Shown: one piece after another, positions 18,317 through 27,968 of the stretch
Position numbering within the stretch: position 1 is the first letter of the stretch
How the letters are laid out: each line of letters opens with the position of its first letter
Assembly (NCBI GenBank): GCA_030425645.1
Contig: JAUHZK010000004.1
Coordinates: 61,100-125,099, forward strand
Reading direction: 5' to 3'
Length of the DNA: 64,000 bases
Source of the DNA: Gammaproteobacteria bacterium
Lineage (GTDB): Bacteria > Pseudomonadota > Gammaproteobacteria > JAPPPA01
The notes under the pieces: model-generated
What the model was told of the DNA's origin: nothing
Seen by the model: only the letters and a program-made list of their open reading frames with translations
Database searches by the model: none
Position numbers and translations under genes: made by a program

Positions 18317-18326
18317 ATTGGCAGTG

Positions 18327-20936
18327 CTAAGCCGTTTTCTCGCCCGCCAAAAAGTCCTTCGCAAAGGCCTGCAAAATACCACCCGCTTTGTACACGCGGA
18401 CTTCTTCAGCGGTATCTAGGCGGCAAATCACCGGTACTTCTACTTTTTCGCCGTTAGCGCGGGTAATGATCAAGTTGAGTGTGCCGCGCGGTGCGAATTC
18501 ACCTTCTACATCGTAGGTTTCGGTGCCGTCGATGTTGAGGGTTTTGCGGGTGGTGCCTTCTTCAAACTGAAGCGGCAAGCAACCCATGCCAACCAGGTTG
18601 GTGCGGTGAATACGTTCGAAGCCTTCGGCTACAATCGCTTCTACACCGGCTAGGCGTACGCCTTTGGCGGCCCAGTCGCGGCTTGAGCCTTGGCCGTAGT
18701 CGGCACCGGCCACAATGATCAGCGGCTGACGGCGGTTCATATAGGTTTCGATGGCTTCCCACATGCGCATGACTTCGCCTTGCGGTTCTACGCGGGCTAG
18801 TGAGCCTTGAATCACTTCACCGTTTTCGTCACGCACCATTTCGTTCATCAACTTAGGGTTGGCGAAGGTGGCGCGTTGGGCGGTGTGGTGGTCGCCGCGG
18901 TGGGTGGCGTAAGAGTTGAAGTCTTCTTCCGGCAAGCCCATTTTGTCTAGGTAATCGCCAGCCGCACTGTCACGCAAAATTGCATTGGATGGCGACAGGT
19001 GATCGGTGGTGATGTTGTCTGGCAGCACGGCTAGCGGGCGCATGCCTTTTAGAGTGCGCTCGGCGTCCATCGCGCCTTCCCAATATGGCGGGCGGCGGAT
19101 GTAGGTGCTTTGCTCGTTCCAATCGTATAGCGGGCTAGGTGCGCGCTCGGCGGCACTGAGGCGGAACATTGGCTCGTATACGCTGCGGAACTGCTCGGGT
19201 TTCACCGACTGCGCCACAATGGCGTCGATTTCTTCGTCGCTAGGCCAGATGTCTTTTAGGGTGATTGGGTTGCCGTCTTTATCTTGGCCCAGTACGTCTT
19301 TTTCAATATCAAAACGAATGGTGCCGGCGATGGCGTAAGCCACAACCAATGGCGGTGACGCTAGGAATGCTTGCTTGGCGTAGGGGTGAATACGGCCGTC
19401 AAAGTTGCGGTTGCCGGATAGCACCGCAGTGGCGTAGAGGTCGCGATCAACCACTTCTTTTTGAATAGTTGGATCAAGCGCGCCGCTCATGCCGTTGCAG
19501 GTGGTGCAGGCAAAGGCCACCACGTCAAAACCTAGTTGCTGCAGTTCTGGCAGTAGCTCGGCTTCTTCCAAATACATTTTTACGGTTTTAGAGCCGGGTG
19601 CCAGTGAGGTTTTAACCCAAGGCTTGCGGCTAAGGCCTAGCTTGTTAGCGTTACGAGCGACCAAACCGGCAGCAATCATATTGCGTGGGTTGCTGGTATT
19701 GGTGCAGCTGGTGATGGCCGCGATGATGCAAGCGCCATCCGGCATATTGCCTTGCCAGTTGTCGTCGGCTGGCATAACTGATTCGCCGCTGATGCCGCGC
19801 TCTGCTAAGTCAGCAACCGGCAGCAAGGCATGTGGGTTTGATGGGCCAGCTAGGTTGCGGCCAACGGTGTTGAGATCGAAGCTCAGCGTGCGTTCGTATT
19901 CGGCTTCTTCTAGGGTATCGGCCCAGTAGCCAGCTTCTTTGGCGTAGGTTTCTACCAGCTTCACTTGCTCATCGTCGCGGCCTGTTAGCTTGAGGTAGTC
20001 GATGGTTTTTTCATCGATTGAAAACATGCCCGCGGTAGCGCCGTATTCTGGCGTCATATTGGCAATAGTGGCGCGGTCGCCCAGTGAGATGCTGCGCGCG
20101 CCTTCGCCGAAGAATTCTAGGTAAGCGCCAACTACGCGTTCGTCGCGTAGGAATTTGGTCAGAGCTAGCACCAAGTCGGTGCCGGTAATACCTGGGTTTA
20201 GTTTGCCGGTCAGCTCAACACCGACGATGTCTGGAAGGCGCATCATTGATGGGCGACCCAGCATGACGGTTTCGGCTTCTAGGCCGCCAACGCCGACAGA
20301 GATCACGCCTAGCGCGTCGACCATTGGGGTGTGTGAGTCGGTACCAACACAAGTATCTGGATACGCAACGCCGTCTTTCACCTGCACAACCGGAGACATT
20401 TTCTCCAAGTTGATTTGGTGCATGATGCCGTTGCCCGGTGGGATTACATCCACGTTTTCAAACGCGGTTTTGGTCCAGTTAATAAAGTCAAAACGGTGGG
20501 CGTTGCGGCGCTCTTCTACGGCGCGGTTTTTCTCGAAGGCGTTTTCTTCAAAGCCCGGGTGCTCTACCGCCAGCGAGTGATCTACGATCAGCTGGGTTTG
20601 TACCACAGGGTTTACTTTGGATGGGTCGCCGCCTTGCAGGGCAATCGCATCACGCAGGCCAGCTAAATCAACCAAGGCGGTTTGGCCCAAGATGTCGTGG
20701 CAAACCACGCGCGCTGGATACCAAGGGAAATCCAAATCACGCTTACGCTCGATCAGCTGTTTTAGCGCATCGGTTAATTCTGATGGCTCGCAGCGGCGCA
20801 CCAATTGTTCGGCCAACACGCGGCTGGTGTAAGGCAGCTTGGCAAAAGCGCCGGGTTGAATGGCATCAACGGCTGCGCGAGTGTCGAAATGGTCTAAATC
20901 GGTGCCGGGAAGAGAGGTGCGGAATTCTGTATTCAT
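18327..20936 (-). CDS. acnD: Fe/S-dependent 2-methylisocitrate dehydratase AcnD
   Basis: 869-aa aconitase-family protein with the AcnD-type N-terminus (DTRAAVDAIQPGAFAKLPYTSRVLAEQL) and Cys ligands (CTNTSNP, CTTCNG). Confidence 0.93.
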   Translation of the reverse strand: MNTEFRTSLPGTDLDHFDTRAAVDAIQPGAFAKLPYTSRVLAEQLVRRCEPSELTDALKQLIERKRDLDFPWYPARVVCHDILGQTALVDLAGLRDAIALQGGDPSKVNPVVQTQLIVDHSLAVEHPGFEENAFEKNRAVEERRNAHRFDFINWTKTAFENVDVIPPGNGIMHQINLEKMSPVVQVKDGVAYPDTCVGTDSHTPMVDALGVISVGVGGLEAETVMLGRPSMMRLPDIVGVELTGKLNPGITGTDLVLALTKFLRDERVVGAYLEFFGEGARSISLGDRATIANMTPEYGATAGMFSIDEKTIDYLKLTGRDDEQVKLVETYAKEAGYWADTLEEAEYERTLSFDLNTVGRNLAGPSNPHALLPVADLAERGISGESVMPADDNWQGNMPDGACIIAAITSCTNTSNPRNMIAAGLVARNANKLGLSRKPWVKTSLAPGSKTVKMYLEEAELLPELQQLGFDVVAFACTTCNGMSGALDPTIQKEVVDRDLYATAVLSGNRNFDGRIHPYAKQAFLASPPLVVAYAIAGTIRFDIEKDVLGQDKDGNPITLKDIWPSDEEIDAIVAQSVKPEQFRSVYEPMFRLSAAERAPSPLYDWNEQSTYIRRPPYWEGAMDAERTLKGMRPLAVLPDNITTDHLSPSNAILRDSAAGDYLDKMGLPEEDFNSYATHRGDHHTAQRATFANPKLMNEMVRDENGEVIQGSLARVEPQGEVMRMWEAIETYMNRRQPLIIVAGADYGQGSSRDWAAKGVRLAGVEAIVAEGFERIHRTNLVGMGCLPLQFEEGTTRKTLNIDGTETYDVEGEFAPRGTLNLIITRANGEKVEVPVICRLDTAEEVRVYKAGGILQAFAKDFLAGEKTA

Positions 20937-21041
20937 GCTGGGCCGTGTGTTTTTTAGCAGTGAGCTGGGCGCTAAGCGCCAGATAAGGCGCGGAATTATA
21001 CAGCGGCGACTAGGCGGTTCCCAAATCTCTAATTAGAGCAG

Positions 21042-22775
21042 TTATTCGGTGATACGAAAGACTCGGTAGTGGTTGCCCCCTTTGAAATGTGTGTAATCCA
21101 TATATTCTTTGGTTAACTCATTAACAAGGTAGACTTCTTCGTAATGAACCTGCGTGTCGTTGACGTGAGTTGTTACCGTGGCGTAAAGGCAGTTGGAGTA
21201 CGTCCATAAGCCACTTTCAACATGCTCGCCGTTCGGGAAATTGTCATGTAAATCAAACGCGATAGAGTAGTGCCCGTTTGCATGTCTGGTGACAATCCAG
21301 GTTTGGTCTTCGTTACTCCCATGCCATGACCCAACAAGTGCTTCAGATGAGAACGGAGGGCAGTCCTTTGGGGCTTCTAATCTCACCGGCTCTGAAGGTG
21401 GTTTGTTAGCATTTGGCGCTGACCACCGTTCTTTTTTCTCAAGAAGGCGTTCTAATCCCTGGCGTTGTTCGCTGTTAATTTCAAATGATGAGTCGTCAAG
21501 AGCTTGGGTTAATGCGCTATAGCCGTTTAGACCGCTTTCAAATCGCAAATATGCGAAATCAAATTCGCCCCAAGCTGTTCGTCCGCTAGTTAGCTGTTGC
21601 ATTTGGCTGTTAACTGCAATGCTGAAAAAGCTGGGTAGGCCGAGGTTGATAGCGCTGAGGCTGAGCACAATGATTAAGGCGACGGCAGTGTTATGCGCCT
21701 TCATCGCATTTAGCCAAACGCTATTGCGAATGCCTGAGCGGATCACGGCAAAGGCGTAACCGACACCATAGGCAAATAACACCAGCATGGCGTATAGCGC
21801 CCATAGCCGCGTGACGCTCCAGCCATATTGTTCGACGCGTAAAGAAATGGCCCAGAGGCCGAGTCCTGCGAAAACGGGTAGTGCGAGCAAGGAGGCGTTC
21901 ACCAGCCAGCGAATCAGTTTCGGGTAGTGCGTTTGGTGATTGCCGTTTAGAAAAACGGCGTTAATAAACACCACGATCGCCAGTGCTAGCCAAGCTAATA
22001 AGCTGCCCGCGCGGCCGGTGGCCCAGAGTACATCGATACCGAGTAAGGCGATGGCGGCAAGGAAGAGCAGGCCAATGCTCGCCAGCAGTGGTAATAGCGA
22101 TTTAAATATCCAAAATAGGCTGTGTTCGCGCACGCTGGCTAGCAGCTCGGTGCGGGTGCGGGCAATCGTAAGGCCGATACCGACTACCAGCCCGGACACC
22201 GGATAGATAAAGATTTCTTGGCCGAAAAGGTCGGCGAAAAAATCGACATCTAATAATTTGAACAACCCGGCCCATAGCAGCAATAACAACCAAAATAGGC
22301 CAAGGAATAGCCCACTTAGCACGAGCGATAACGCGTTGTGCCAGCTGTATTCAAACAGCAGGTTGTAATCACCGCTAGGTTTGCCGTGGTGTTGCCAAAC
22401 TTGTAGAAATGCTAGGCCAATAAAACAACTCACCGTCAGCGTTAATGCATAGGGGAAGATGATGTTGCCGCAACCCACGGCTAGGGCCGGGTTGCAGTTG
22501 TTACCTGCTTGCCAGGCTTGCAGGCCAATAATGGCGATTAAGCCAAAGGCAAACAGCCACGGCAGCATGCGGCGGACGTCATTAATTAGCAGCATCAACA
22601 TGGTCGGCACGCTGATGCTGAGTGAATACCAGAGGGTTAATCGTGGTGTGGTTTCGGCAATCCAGCCGTTTTCGTCGATGGACCGTTGAGCAAGTAGCAG
22701 TAACAGGCTTTGGATAACCGCAATCAGCACTACCCAACGTTGTGATTCATTATTTGGTTGCTGGCAGTGGCTCAT
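21042..22775 (-). CDS. DUF4153-like polytopic membrane protein with soluble C-terminal beta-rich domain
   Basis: 577 aa. About 10-12 TM helices followed by a ~170-aa hydrophilic domain. The 3' part is AT-richer. Confidence 0.6.
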   Translation of the reverse strand: MSHCQQPNNESQRWVVLIAVIQSLLLLLAQRSIDENGWIAETTPRLTLWYSLSISVPTMLMLLINDVRRMLPWLFAFGLIAIIGLQAWQAGNNCNPALAVGCGNIIFPYALTLTVSCFIGLAFLQVWQHHGKPSGDYNLLFEYSWHNALSLVLSGLFLGLFWLLLLLWAGLFKLLDVDFFADLFGQEIFIYPVSGLVVGIGLTIARTRTELLASVREHSLFWIFKSLLPLLASIGLLFLAAIALLGIDVLWATGRAGSLLAWLALAIVVFINAVFLNGNHQTHYPKLIRWLVNASLLALPVFAGLGLWAISLRVEQYGWSVTRLWALYAMLVLFAYGVGYAFAVIRSGIRNSVWLNAMKAHNTAVALIIVLSLSAINLGLPSFFSIAVNSQMQQLTSGRTAWGEFDFAYLRFESGLNGYSALTQALDDSSFEINSEQRQGLERLLEKKERWSAPNANKPPSEPVRLEAPKDCPPFSSEALVGSWHGSNEDQTWIVTRHANGHYSIAFDLHDNFPNGEHVESGLWTYSNCLYATVTTHVNDTQVHYEEVYLVNELTKEYMDYTHFKGGNHYRVFRITE

Positions 22776-22798
22776 CGATCCGTCCGTGGAAGCTGGCC

Positions 22799-23782
22799 CT
22801 AGGGTTTCATGCTGAAGCGTTTGGGCTCTGGTGTGTCGGGTTTGATAGGAATCTGGCTATTCAGTTTTTCGCCGTTAATAACCTTTTCATAGGCGGCTAG
22901 ATAATCTCGCGCCATACGTTGGTTATTAAATTGGTCGCAGATATATTGGTGAATATGTTGGCGGTTAAATTGGTCGCGATTGCGGATGGCGTCGACCAGT
23001 TCGGACTCGCTGTCTGAGCAAAAGCCAACGTCATTGGGAACTAGTTCGGGCAACGAGCCCCATATTCCCCCAAAGACGGGTTGTCCGTAATACATGGCTT
23101 CAATAATGGCTGCGCCAAACGGCTCATGCCACAATACGGGGAATAATAAAGCTTCTGTGCGTCTTAATAGAGGAAGCTTCTCGTCCTGGGCAATCATGCC
23201 TAGAAACTTTGCATTTGGATCGGCTGTGAAGCGAAACCCCATTTTCAAGTTCAGTCGGGTGCCACCAGCCACTTCAATTCCAACGCCGGCTTTCCTGGCC
23301 ATTCGAATGGCCCCAGAAACGTTTTTTACTTTCCACGCGGCTTTCGCTAGGAAGACGACGTTCTTGCGAGGTTGACTGAGAGCCGGATCGCCGTATTCGT
23401 CCAAGTCTAGGCCGTAGTGTATGTGGCATTCTCCACCGTACCTAGAGGCGTGGTTTGCCGTTAAGAAAACTGTGTTTTGCGGCAGGGTTTGTCCAGGGGG
23501 GGCGTTACAGTGGAAAGTAAATAGGTGTGGGCGATCGTAGTCTGGGTTGTAAGTGCCGTTAAAGTGCACAACGTCAACGTCATCTGGAATTTGCTGCTCC
23601 GGCCGACGGTTAGGGTCCCTAATGAGCATTTGTCCAAATGAACAGCTGCTTCCTGCTGGGGCTAGGTAGCTGACTTTATGGCCTTGATCGACTAGGGCTT
23701 TTCCTAGCCACCATAGGGCGCGCTCAATGCCCCCGTATTTAAGGGCTGGTATTTGCAGGTCTGTTTCTATAAGTACGTGCAT
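22799..23782 (-). CDS. Glycosyltransferase family 4 (GT-B)
   Basis: GGIERALWWL N-terminus and EPFGAAIIEAMYYGQPV E(x7)E region. Confidence 0.8.
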   Translation of the reverse strand: MHVLIETDLQIPALKYGGIERALWWLGKALVDQGHKVSYLAPAGSSCSFGQMLIRDPNRRPEQQIPDDVDVVHFNGTYNPDYDRPHLFTFHCNAPPGQTLPQNTVFLTANHASRYGGECHIHYGLDLDEYGDPALSQPRKNVVFLAKAAWKVKNVSGAIRMARKAGVGIEVAGGTRLNLKMGFRFTADPNAKFLGMIAQDEKLPLLRRTEALLFPVLWHEPFGAAIIEAMYYGQPVFGGIWGSLPELVPNDVGFCSDSESELVDAIRNRDQFNRQHIHQYICDQFNNQRMARDYLAAYEKVINGEKLNSQIPIKPDTPEPKRFSMKP

Positions 23783-23784
23783 GC

Positions 23785-24534
23785 CTAAATTCGATCATTC
23801 GGTTTAATTATATTGTGGATGGCAAAGGCTGCATTGTAGACGCTTCTCATGACGCCGTTCACAAGTTGATCCCAGAGCCGCTGCAGCCGTAAGCCAAAGG
23901 TTTTTCCATCGCCACTATTGTGAGGGATAGCGCTGATTAACCAGTGGTCGCTCAAAGTGATGGGCTCTGGTGAAAGGTGGTATGCCCGCTGTTTGCTGAC
24001 CCAAAAGCGTTTTAGGTAGTAGTCCACGGGCTCTACATATTCGCTGAAGTTATCAACTAACGTTTGCGCGGCTGCCGGGGATAGTGCATAAGCCAATGCT
24101 AGCAGCGGGGCTTTTTTGTACCGGCGTAGCTTGTAAGTGCCGTGGGTTGTTACTGGTATGATGTGTTTGCTGTCGCCATTTAGCCTAATAAATCCGTATT
24201 GTTCTATTAGCGCATCAGTTGCGGCGAGTGCATCAACGATATGTTCTTTCAGTAAAAAGTCATCCTCAAGTATAAGGATGGGCTGCTGTAATTCGACGCA
24301 TTTTTTCCAGAGCATCAGGTGGCTAGCAAAGCATCCGATTGCGCCCTTCGGCGATGGGCATCCGGTACGTACTTTGAATGCATCTTCGTTCCAACTGAAT
24401 AAGTTTTCTTCGAGTGCTCGGTCGCCAGTCCAAGCGTCAAAGAATTCGTATTCCAGGCCGTGTTTTTGCAGTTGTAGTAGCGCTGACTCGCGACGGGCTG
24501 TGGCTTTCTTTAGGTTAATTACAAAAATCTTCAT
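23785..24534 (-). CDS. Glycosyltransferase family 25 (LPS/LOS biosynthesis)
   Basis: KIFVINLKKATARRE...GAIGCFASHLMLWKKC...ILEDD motifs of the GT25 (Lic2B/LgtB-like) family. Confidence 0.8.
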   Translation of the reverse strand: MKIFVINLKKATARRESALLQLQKHGLEYEFFDAWTGDRALEENLFSWNEDAFKVRTGCPSPKGAIGCFASHLMLWKKCVELQQPILILEDDFLLKEHIVDALAATDALIEQYGFIRLNGDSKHIIPVTTHGTYKLRRYKKAPLLALAYALSPAAAQTLVDNFSEYVEPVDYYLKRFWVSKQRAYHLSPEPITLSDHWLISAIPHNSGDGKTFGLRLQRLWDQLVNGVMRSVYNAAFAIHNIIKPNDRI

Positions 24535-25289
24535 TGGGCAGACCGTTTGAGCTTGTGAGTACGTATGCGCAACATAAAATAGGTGATTTTTCGGAGAGTG
24601 GAGTTTTTGATCTGATCTAGCAGGCGAGCTAGGCGAAGCTCAAAGGTCTTTCGTACAACATTAGGGTTTGCGATTGTGGTTTCATCGGCCAAGTCGCTAT
24701 GACGTACCGGGTCTGGGGTGACCTGGTAAACAGGTTGCCTCGTGATCCAAAAGCGTTTCATATAGAAATCAATAGGCTCAATAAACTCATCAAATCCGTC
24801 AATCAAATGTTGTGCGCCGCGGGGTGATACTGCATACGCAAGCGTCATCATTGGTGCCTTGTTAAGAAGCCTGATCGTATTTTTGCCTTGTGCCAATACC
24901 GGAAGGCCTTCGACGTCTGCACTGTGAAACCGGACTAGACCCAGGTTGTCGATATGGGACTCAACGAAGTCGTAGCATTGATGAAAATTTTTCTGGATTC
25001 TGAAATCGTCTTCGAGCACGAGAATGCTCTCATTTAGCTCTACGCACTTTTTCCACAGCACTAGGTGGCTGGCAAAGCAGCCCATTTGGCCGTTGCTCGC
25101 TGAAGCGCCGGTACGAATTGCGAATTTTCTGTCGTTGTAGCGGAAAAGATTGTTTCTCAGGGCTTGTTCGCCGGTCCATGCATCGAAAAAATTGGCGGAT
25201 AGGTTATGCCTGTCCAATTCTTGCTGGCAGTCTTGGCGCCTGTCAGGTGATGAAGGTAAATTAATGACGAATATTTGCATCCTGCGCAC
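24531..25289 (-). CDS. Glycosyltransferase family 25 (tandem paralogue)
   Basis: IFVINLPSSPDRR...GQMGCFASHLVLWKKC...VLEDD. Overlaps the downstream paralogue by 4 nt. The start may be the ATG at 25280. Confidence 0.8.
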   Translation of the reverse strand: MRRMQIFVINLPSSPDRRQDCQQELDRHNLSANFFDAWTGEQALRNNLFRYNDRKFAIRTGASASNGQMGCFASHLVLWKKCVELNESILVLEDDFRIQKNFHQCYDFVESHIDNLGLVRFHSADVEGLPVLAQGKNTIRLLNKAPMMTLAYAVSPRGAQHLIDGFDEFIEPIDFYMKRFWITRQPVYQVTPDPVRHSDLADETTIANPNVVRKTFELRLARLLDQIKNSTLRKITYFMLRIRTHKLKRSAQ

Positions 25290-25291
25290 CT

Positions 25292-26098
25292 CTATAAAAA
25301 TAAATCAGGCAGCGGCTCGCCACCTTGGTCCCATTGGCTTAAATCACTGATACCGGCTTTTGTTAATACGTCTTCATCAATCATGCAGTCGGCGTTATAG
25401 CTACTATCACAAAGTAGGTGATAGGCGGCTTCGCTCATAATCTCTGGCACACGGGTGCGTTCTAGCGGAACCGGGCCAACGGCTTTCATGGCGGCCGTGC
25501 CGATTACCGTGGCTGGCCATAGGCAGTTGGCTCTGACTTTGCCGCGTGATTCGTGGGCCAGGCCTAGCGTCAGCATGGTCATGCCGTATTTGCTGAGCGT
25601 GTATGGGGCATAGCTGGCCAGCCATTTCTTGTCCAAATTAATGGGTGGCGACAGCGTCAGTACTTGGCCGTCTTCGGACTTTTTCAAATGCGGCAAGCAG
25701 GTTTGGATGGCAATAAAGCTACCACGTGAGTTGGCTTGGGTAACCAAGTCATATTTTTTCAGCGGCGTTGCTGCAATGGGTGACAGGGAAATGGCGCTGG
25801 CGTTGTTAATTAGAATGTCGATGCCGCCAAAGCGTTCCACCGCGGCGGCAACAGCGGCTTCCACCGAGGCCTCGTCGCGAACATCTAGTTTAACGGCTAG
25901 GGCATTGCCACCGGCGGCTTCTACATCTGCTGCCGTCTCATGGATGGTACGCGGTAGTTTTGGGTTGGGCTGGTCAGATTTGCCGGTAATCACCACGTTG
26001 GCGCCGTCGGCGGCAGCGCGTAGCGCAATGCAGCGGCCAATGCCGCGAGTGGAGCCAGTGATAAATAGAGTTTTGCCTGCGAGGTTGTTGCTGCTCAT
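25292..26098 (-). CDS. SDR family oxidoreductase (HSDL2-like)
   Basis: TLFITGSTRGIGR Rossmann motif and the YTLSK catalytic motif. Confidence 0.85.
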   Translation of the reverse strand: MSSNNLAGKTLFITGSTRGIGRCIALRAAADGANVVITGKSDQPNPKLPRTIHETAADVEAAGGNALAVKLDVRDEASVEAAVAAAVERFGGIDILINNASAISLSPIAATPLKKYDLVTQANSRGSFIAIQTCLPHLKKSEDGQVLTLSPPINLDKKWLASYAPYTLSKYGMTMLTLGLAHESRGKVRANCLWPATVIGTAAMKAVGPVPLERTRVPEIMSEAAYHLLCDSSYNADCMIDEDVLTKAGISDLSQWDQGGEPLPDLFL

Positions 26099-26223
26099 TG
26101 CTTATTGCTGCCGAATTAAGTTTGGTGAAAAAGCCGTGAAGGCAATGTTAACCTGCTTCCAGCAAAGATAAACAGCTCCCTAAAAACGTTTTTATAGGGT
26201 GTTACATAAAAAAAGGATATTTC

Positions 26224-26955
26224 ATGTCTGATAGTGCCCAGTCGGCTCAGTTAGGTAAAAAGCTGTATGACCTAAAAGAGGAAGTTGCCAATGGCGTTAC
26301 CCACGGACTTGGTGCGGTCGCCAGCATTGTTGGTTTAGCCGTATTGGTTGGTTACGCGGCGATGAATGGCGACGCCCAAGATGTCACCGCGGTGGCTGTT
26401 TTTGGCGGCAGTATGATTCTGCTTTACACCTCGTCAACGCTCTACCACAGCGTGCCACACGAAGGTGCGCGGGCCGTTTTTAAGGTTTTTGACCACGCCA
26501 GTATCTACCTGCTCATTGCGGGCACCTACACGCCTTATACATTGATTTCTCTACGCGGTGACTTGGGTTGGGAGCTATTTGCCATTATCTGGACGCTGGC
26601 GGGTATCGGCGTCTGCTTTAAGCTGTTTTTTACCGGCAAGTTCGACAAATTATCGACTCTAATTTATTTGGCGATGGGTTGGTTGGTTGTGTTCTACGGC
26701 AAAGCCGTTGCTGAGGCGGTGCCTGCCGGCGGCTTGTGGTTGTTACTGGCTGGCGGTCTAAGTTATACCGTCGGCGTGGTGTTTTATGTCTGGGACCGTC
26801 TGCCGTTCAATCATGCTATTTGGCATCTATTTGTGTTGGGTGGCACGGTTTGTCATTACTTCTCGATCTTGTTGTACGTGGTGCCAGATTCACCCGCGCA
26901 ACCGCTGCTTGACCCCGCGGCGATCCAAGATGCAATACGGTCAATTAAGCCTTAG
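26224..26955 (+). CDS. Hemolysin III / PAQR family channel protein
   Basis: Seven TM helices. EEVANGVTHGLG...STLYHS...HLFVLGG motifs. Confidence 0.85.
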   Translation: MSDSAQSAQLGKKLYDLKEEVANGVTHGLGAVASIVGLAVLVGYAAMNGDAQDVTAVAVFGGSMILLYTSSTLYHSVPHEGARAVFKVFDHASIYLLIAGTYTPYTLISLRGDLGWELFAIIWTLAGIGVCFKLFFTGKFDKLSTLIYLAMGWLVVFYGKAVAEAVPAGGLWLLLAGGLSYTVGVVFYVWDRLPFNHAIWHLFVLGGTVCHYFSILLYVVPDSPAQPLLDPAAIQDAIRSIKP

Positions 26956-26979
26956 CGGCGGTTATTCAAGGGGACTTTA

Positions 26980-27759
26980 ATGACGGCCGTTATTTTTGAA
27001 AAAAAGGGTGAAATTACCCTTATCTCTTTGAACCGCGAACAGGCGCGCAATGCCGTTGATGGACCTACGGCTAAGTTATTAGCCGATGCGTTCTATGCCT
27101 TTGATGAAGACGATGAAGCCAAAGTGGCGGTGTTTTACGGCCAGCATGGCAACTTTTGTGCGGGTGCAGATTTAAAGGCGGTGGCGTCGGCCGACGTTAG
27201 CAGAATGAATCGCCTAGAGGAAAAAGGCGACGGCCCAATGGGGCCTAGCCGAATGCTACTGAATAAGCCGGTGATTGCCGCGGTGGAGGGTTACGCCGTT
27301 GCCGGCGGCATGGAGCTTGCGCTGTGGTGCGATATGCGGGTGATGGCGGACGATGCCGTGATGGGTGTGTTCTGCCGGCGCTGGGGTGTGCCGTTAATTG
27401 ATGGTGGCACGGTAAGGTTGCCGCGTTTGATTGGTTTGTCGCGAGCTTTGGATCTTATTTTGACGGGACGCCCGGTAACGGCGGATGAGGCTGAGCGGAT
27501 TGGCCTGGCTAACCGTGTCGCGCCAAAGGGACAGGCCCTAGCTAGCGCTATCGAGTTGGCGCAGCAGTTGGCGCAGTTTCCCCAGACCTGTATGCGTGAA
27601 GACCGGTTATCCGCTTACGAGCAATTTGGTATGGACCTCGACGAGGCCATGATGAACGAGTTTCGACGCGGCAGAATGAGTGTTGCTAGCGGCGAGCTGT
27701 TTGCGGGTGCCGGGCGTTTTGCTGACGGCGCTGGCCGTGGCGGTGACTTTGACGGCTAA
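26980..27759 (+). CDS. Enoyl-CoA hydratase/crotonase family protein
   Basis: NFCAGADLK...GYAVAGGMELALWCDMRV crotonase motifs. Confidence 0.85.
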   Translation: MTAVIFEKKGEITLISLNREQARNAVDGPTAKLLADAFYAFDEDDEAKVAVFYGQHGNFCAGADLKAVASADVSRMNRLEEKGDGPMGPSRMLLNKPVIAAVEGYAVAGGMELALWCDMRVMADDAVMGVFCRRWGVPLIDGGTVRLPRLIGLSRALDLILTGRPVTADEAERIGLANRVAPKGQALASAIELAQQLAQFPQTCMREDRLSAYEQFGMDLDEAMMNEFRRGRMSVASGELFAGAGRFADGAGRGGDFDG

Positions 27760-27968
27760 ATTAGTGCAGCGGTTAATCTAGCCGAGAAGTTCTGATTTGG
27801 GCTCGATACGCCGCTTTAAGGTTTTGTCGCGTTATAATGCTGCAAGAGTCAGCGCGCTTAATGTGTAAATAGAGTTTCAACGCCGCCCGGCTCTCGCCAC
27901 GAGAGTGGTGGACTGAACTTACAGAACAAAAAAAATCGCCCGATGGCCGGTTTTGAAGGATAAATCAA

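Noticed and set aside
18185-18457. N-terminal 66-codon extension of the GIY-YIG ORF (to 18382) and plus-strand ORFs 18179..18457 and 18183..18419
   Set aside because: They translate the REP-like repeat (FALILSLSKD, FDRLRTNG, LSLSKDG) and the acnD 3' end. The GIY-YIG homology starts at MQPFWVYIL.
19105-20986. Several 67-146-aa plus-strand ORFs
   Set aside because: They are antisense shadows within the 869-aa acnD gene.
26182-26195. Perfect 14-bp palindrome TAAAAACGTTTTTA upstream of the hemolysin III gene
   Set aside because: It is a short AT-only palindrome in an AT-rich leader, which is plausible by chance. There is no second copy and no cognate regulator nearby.
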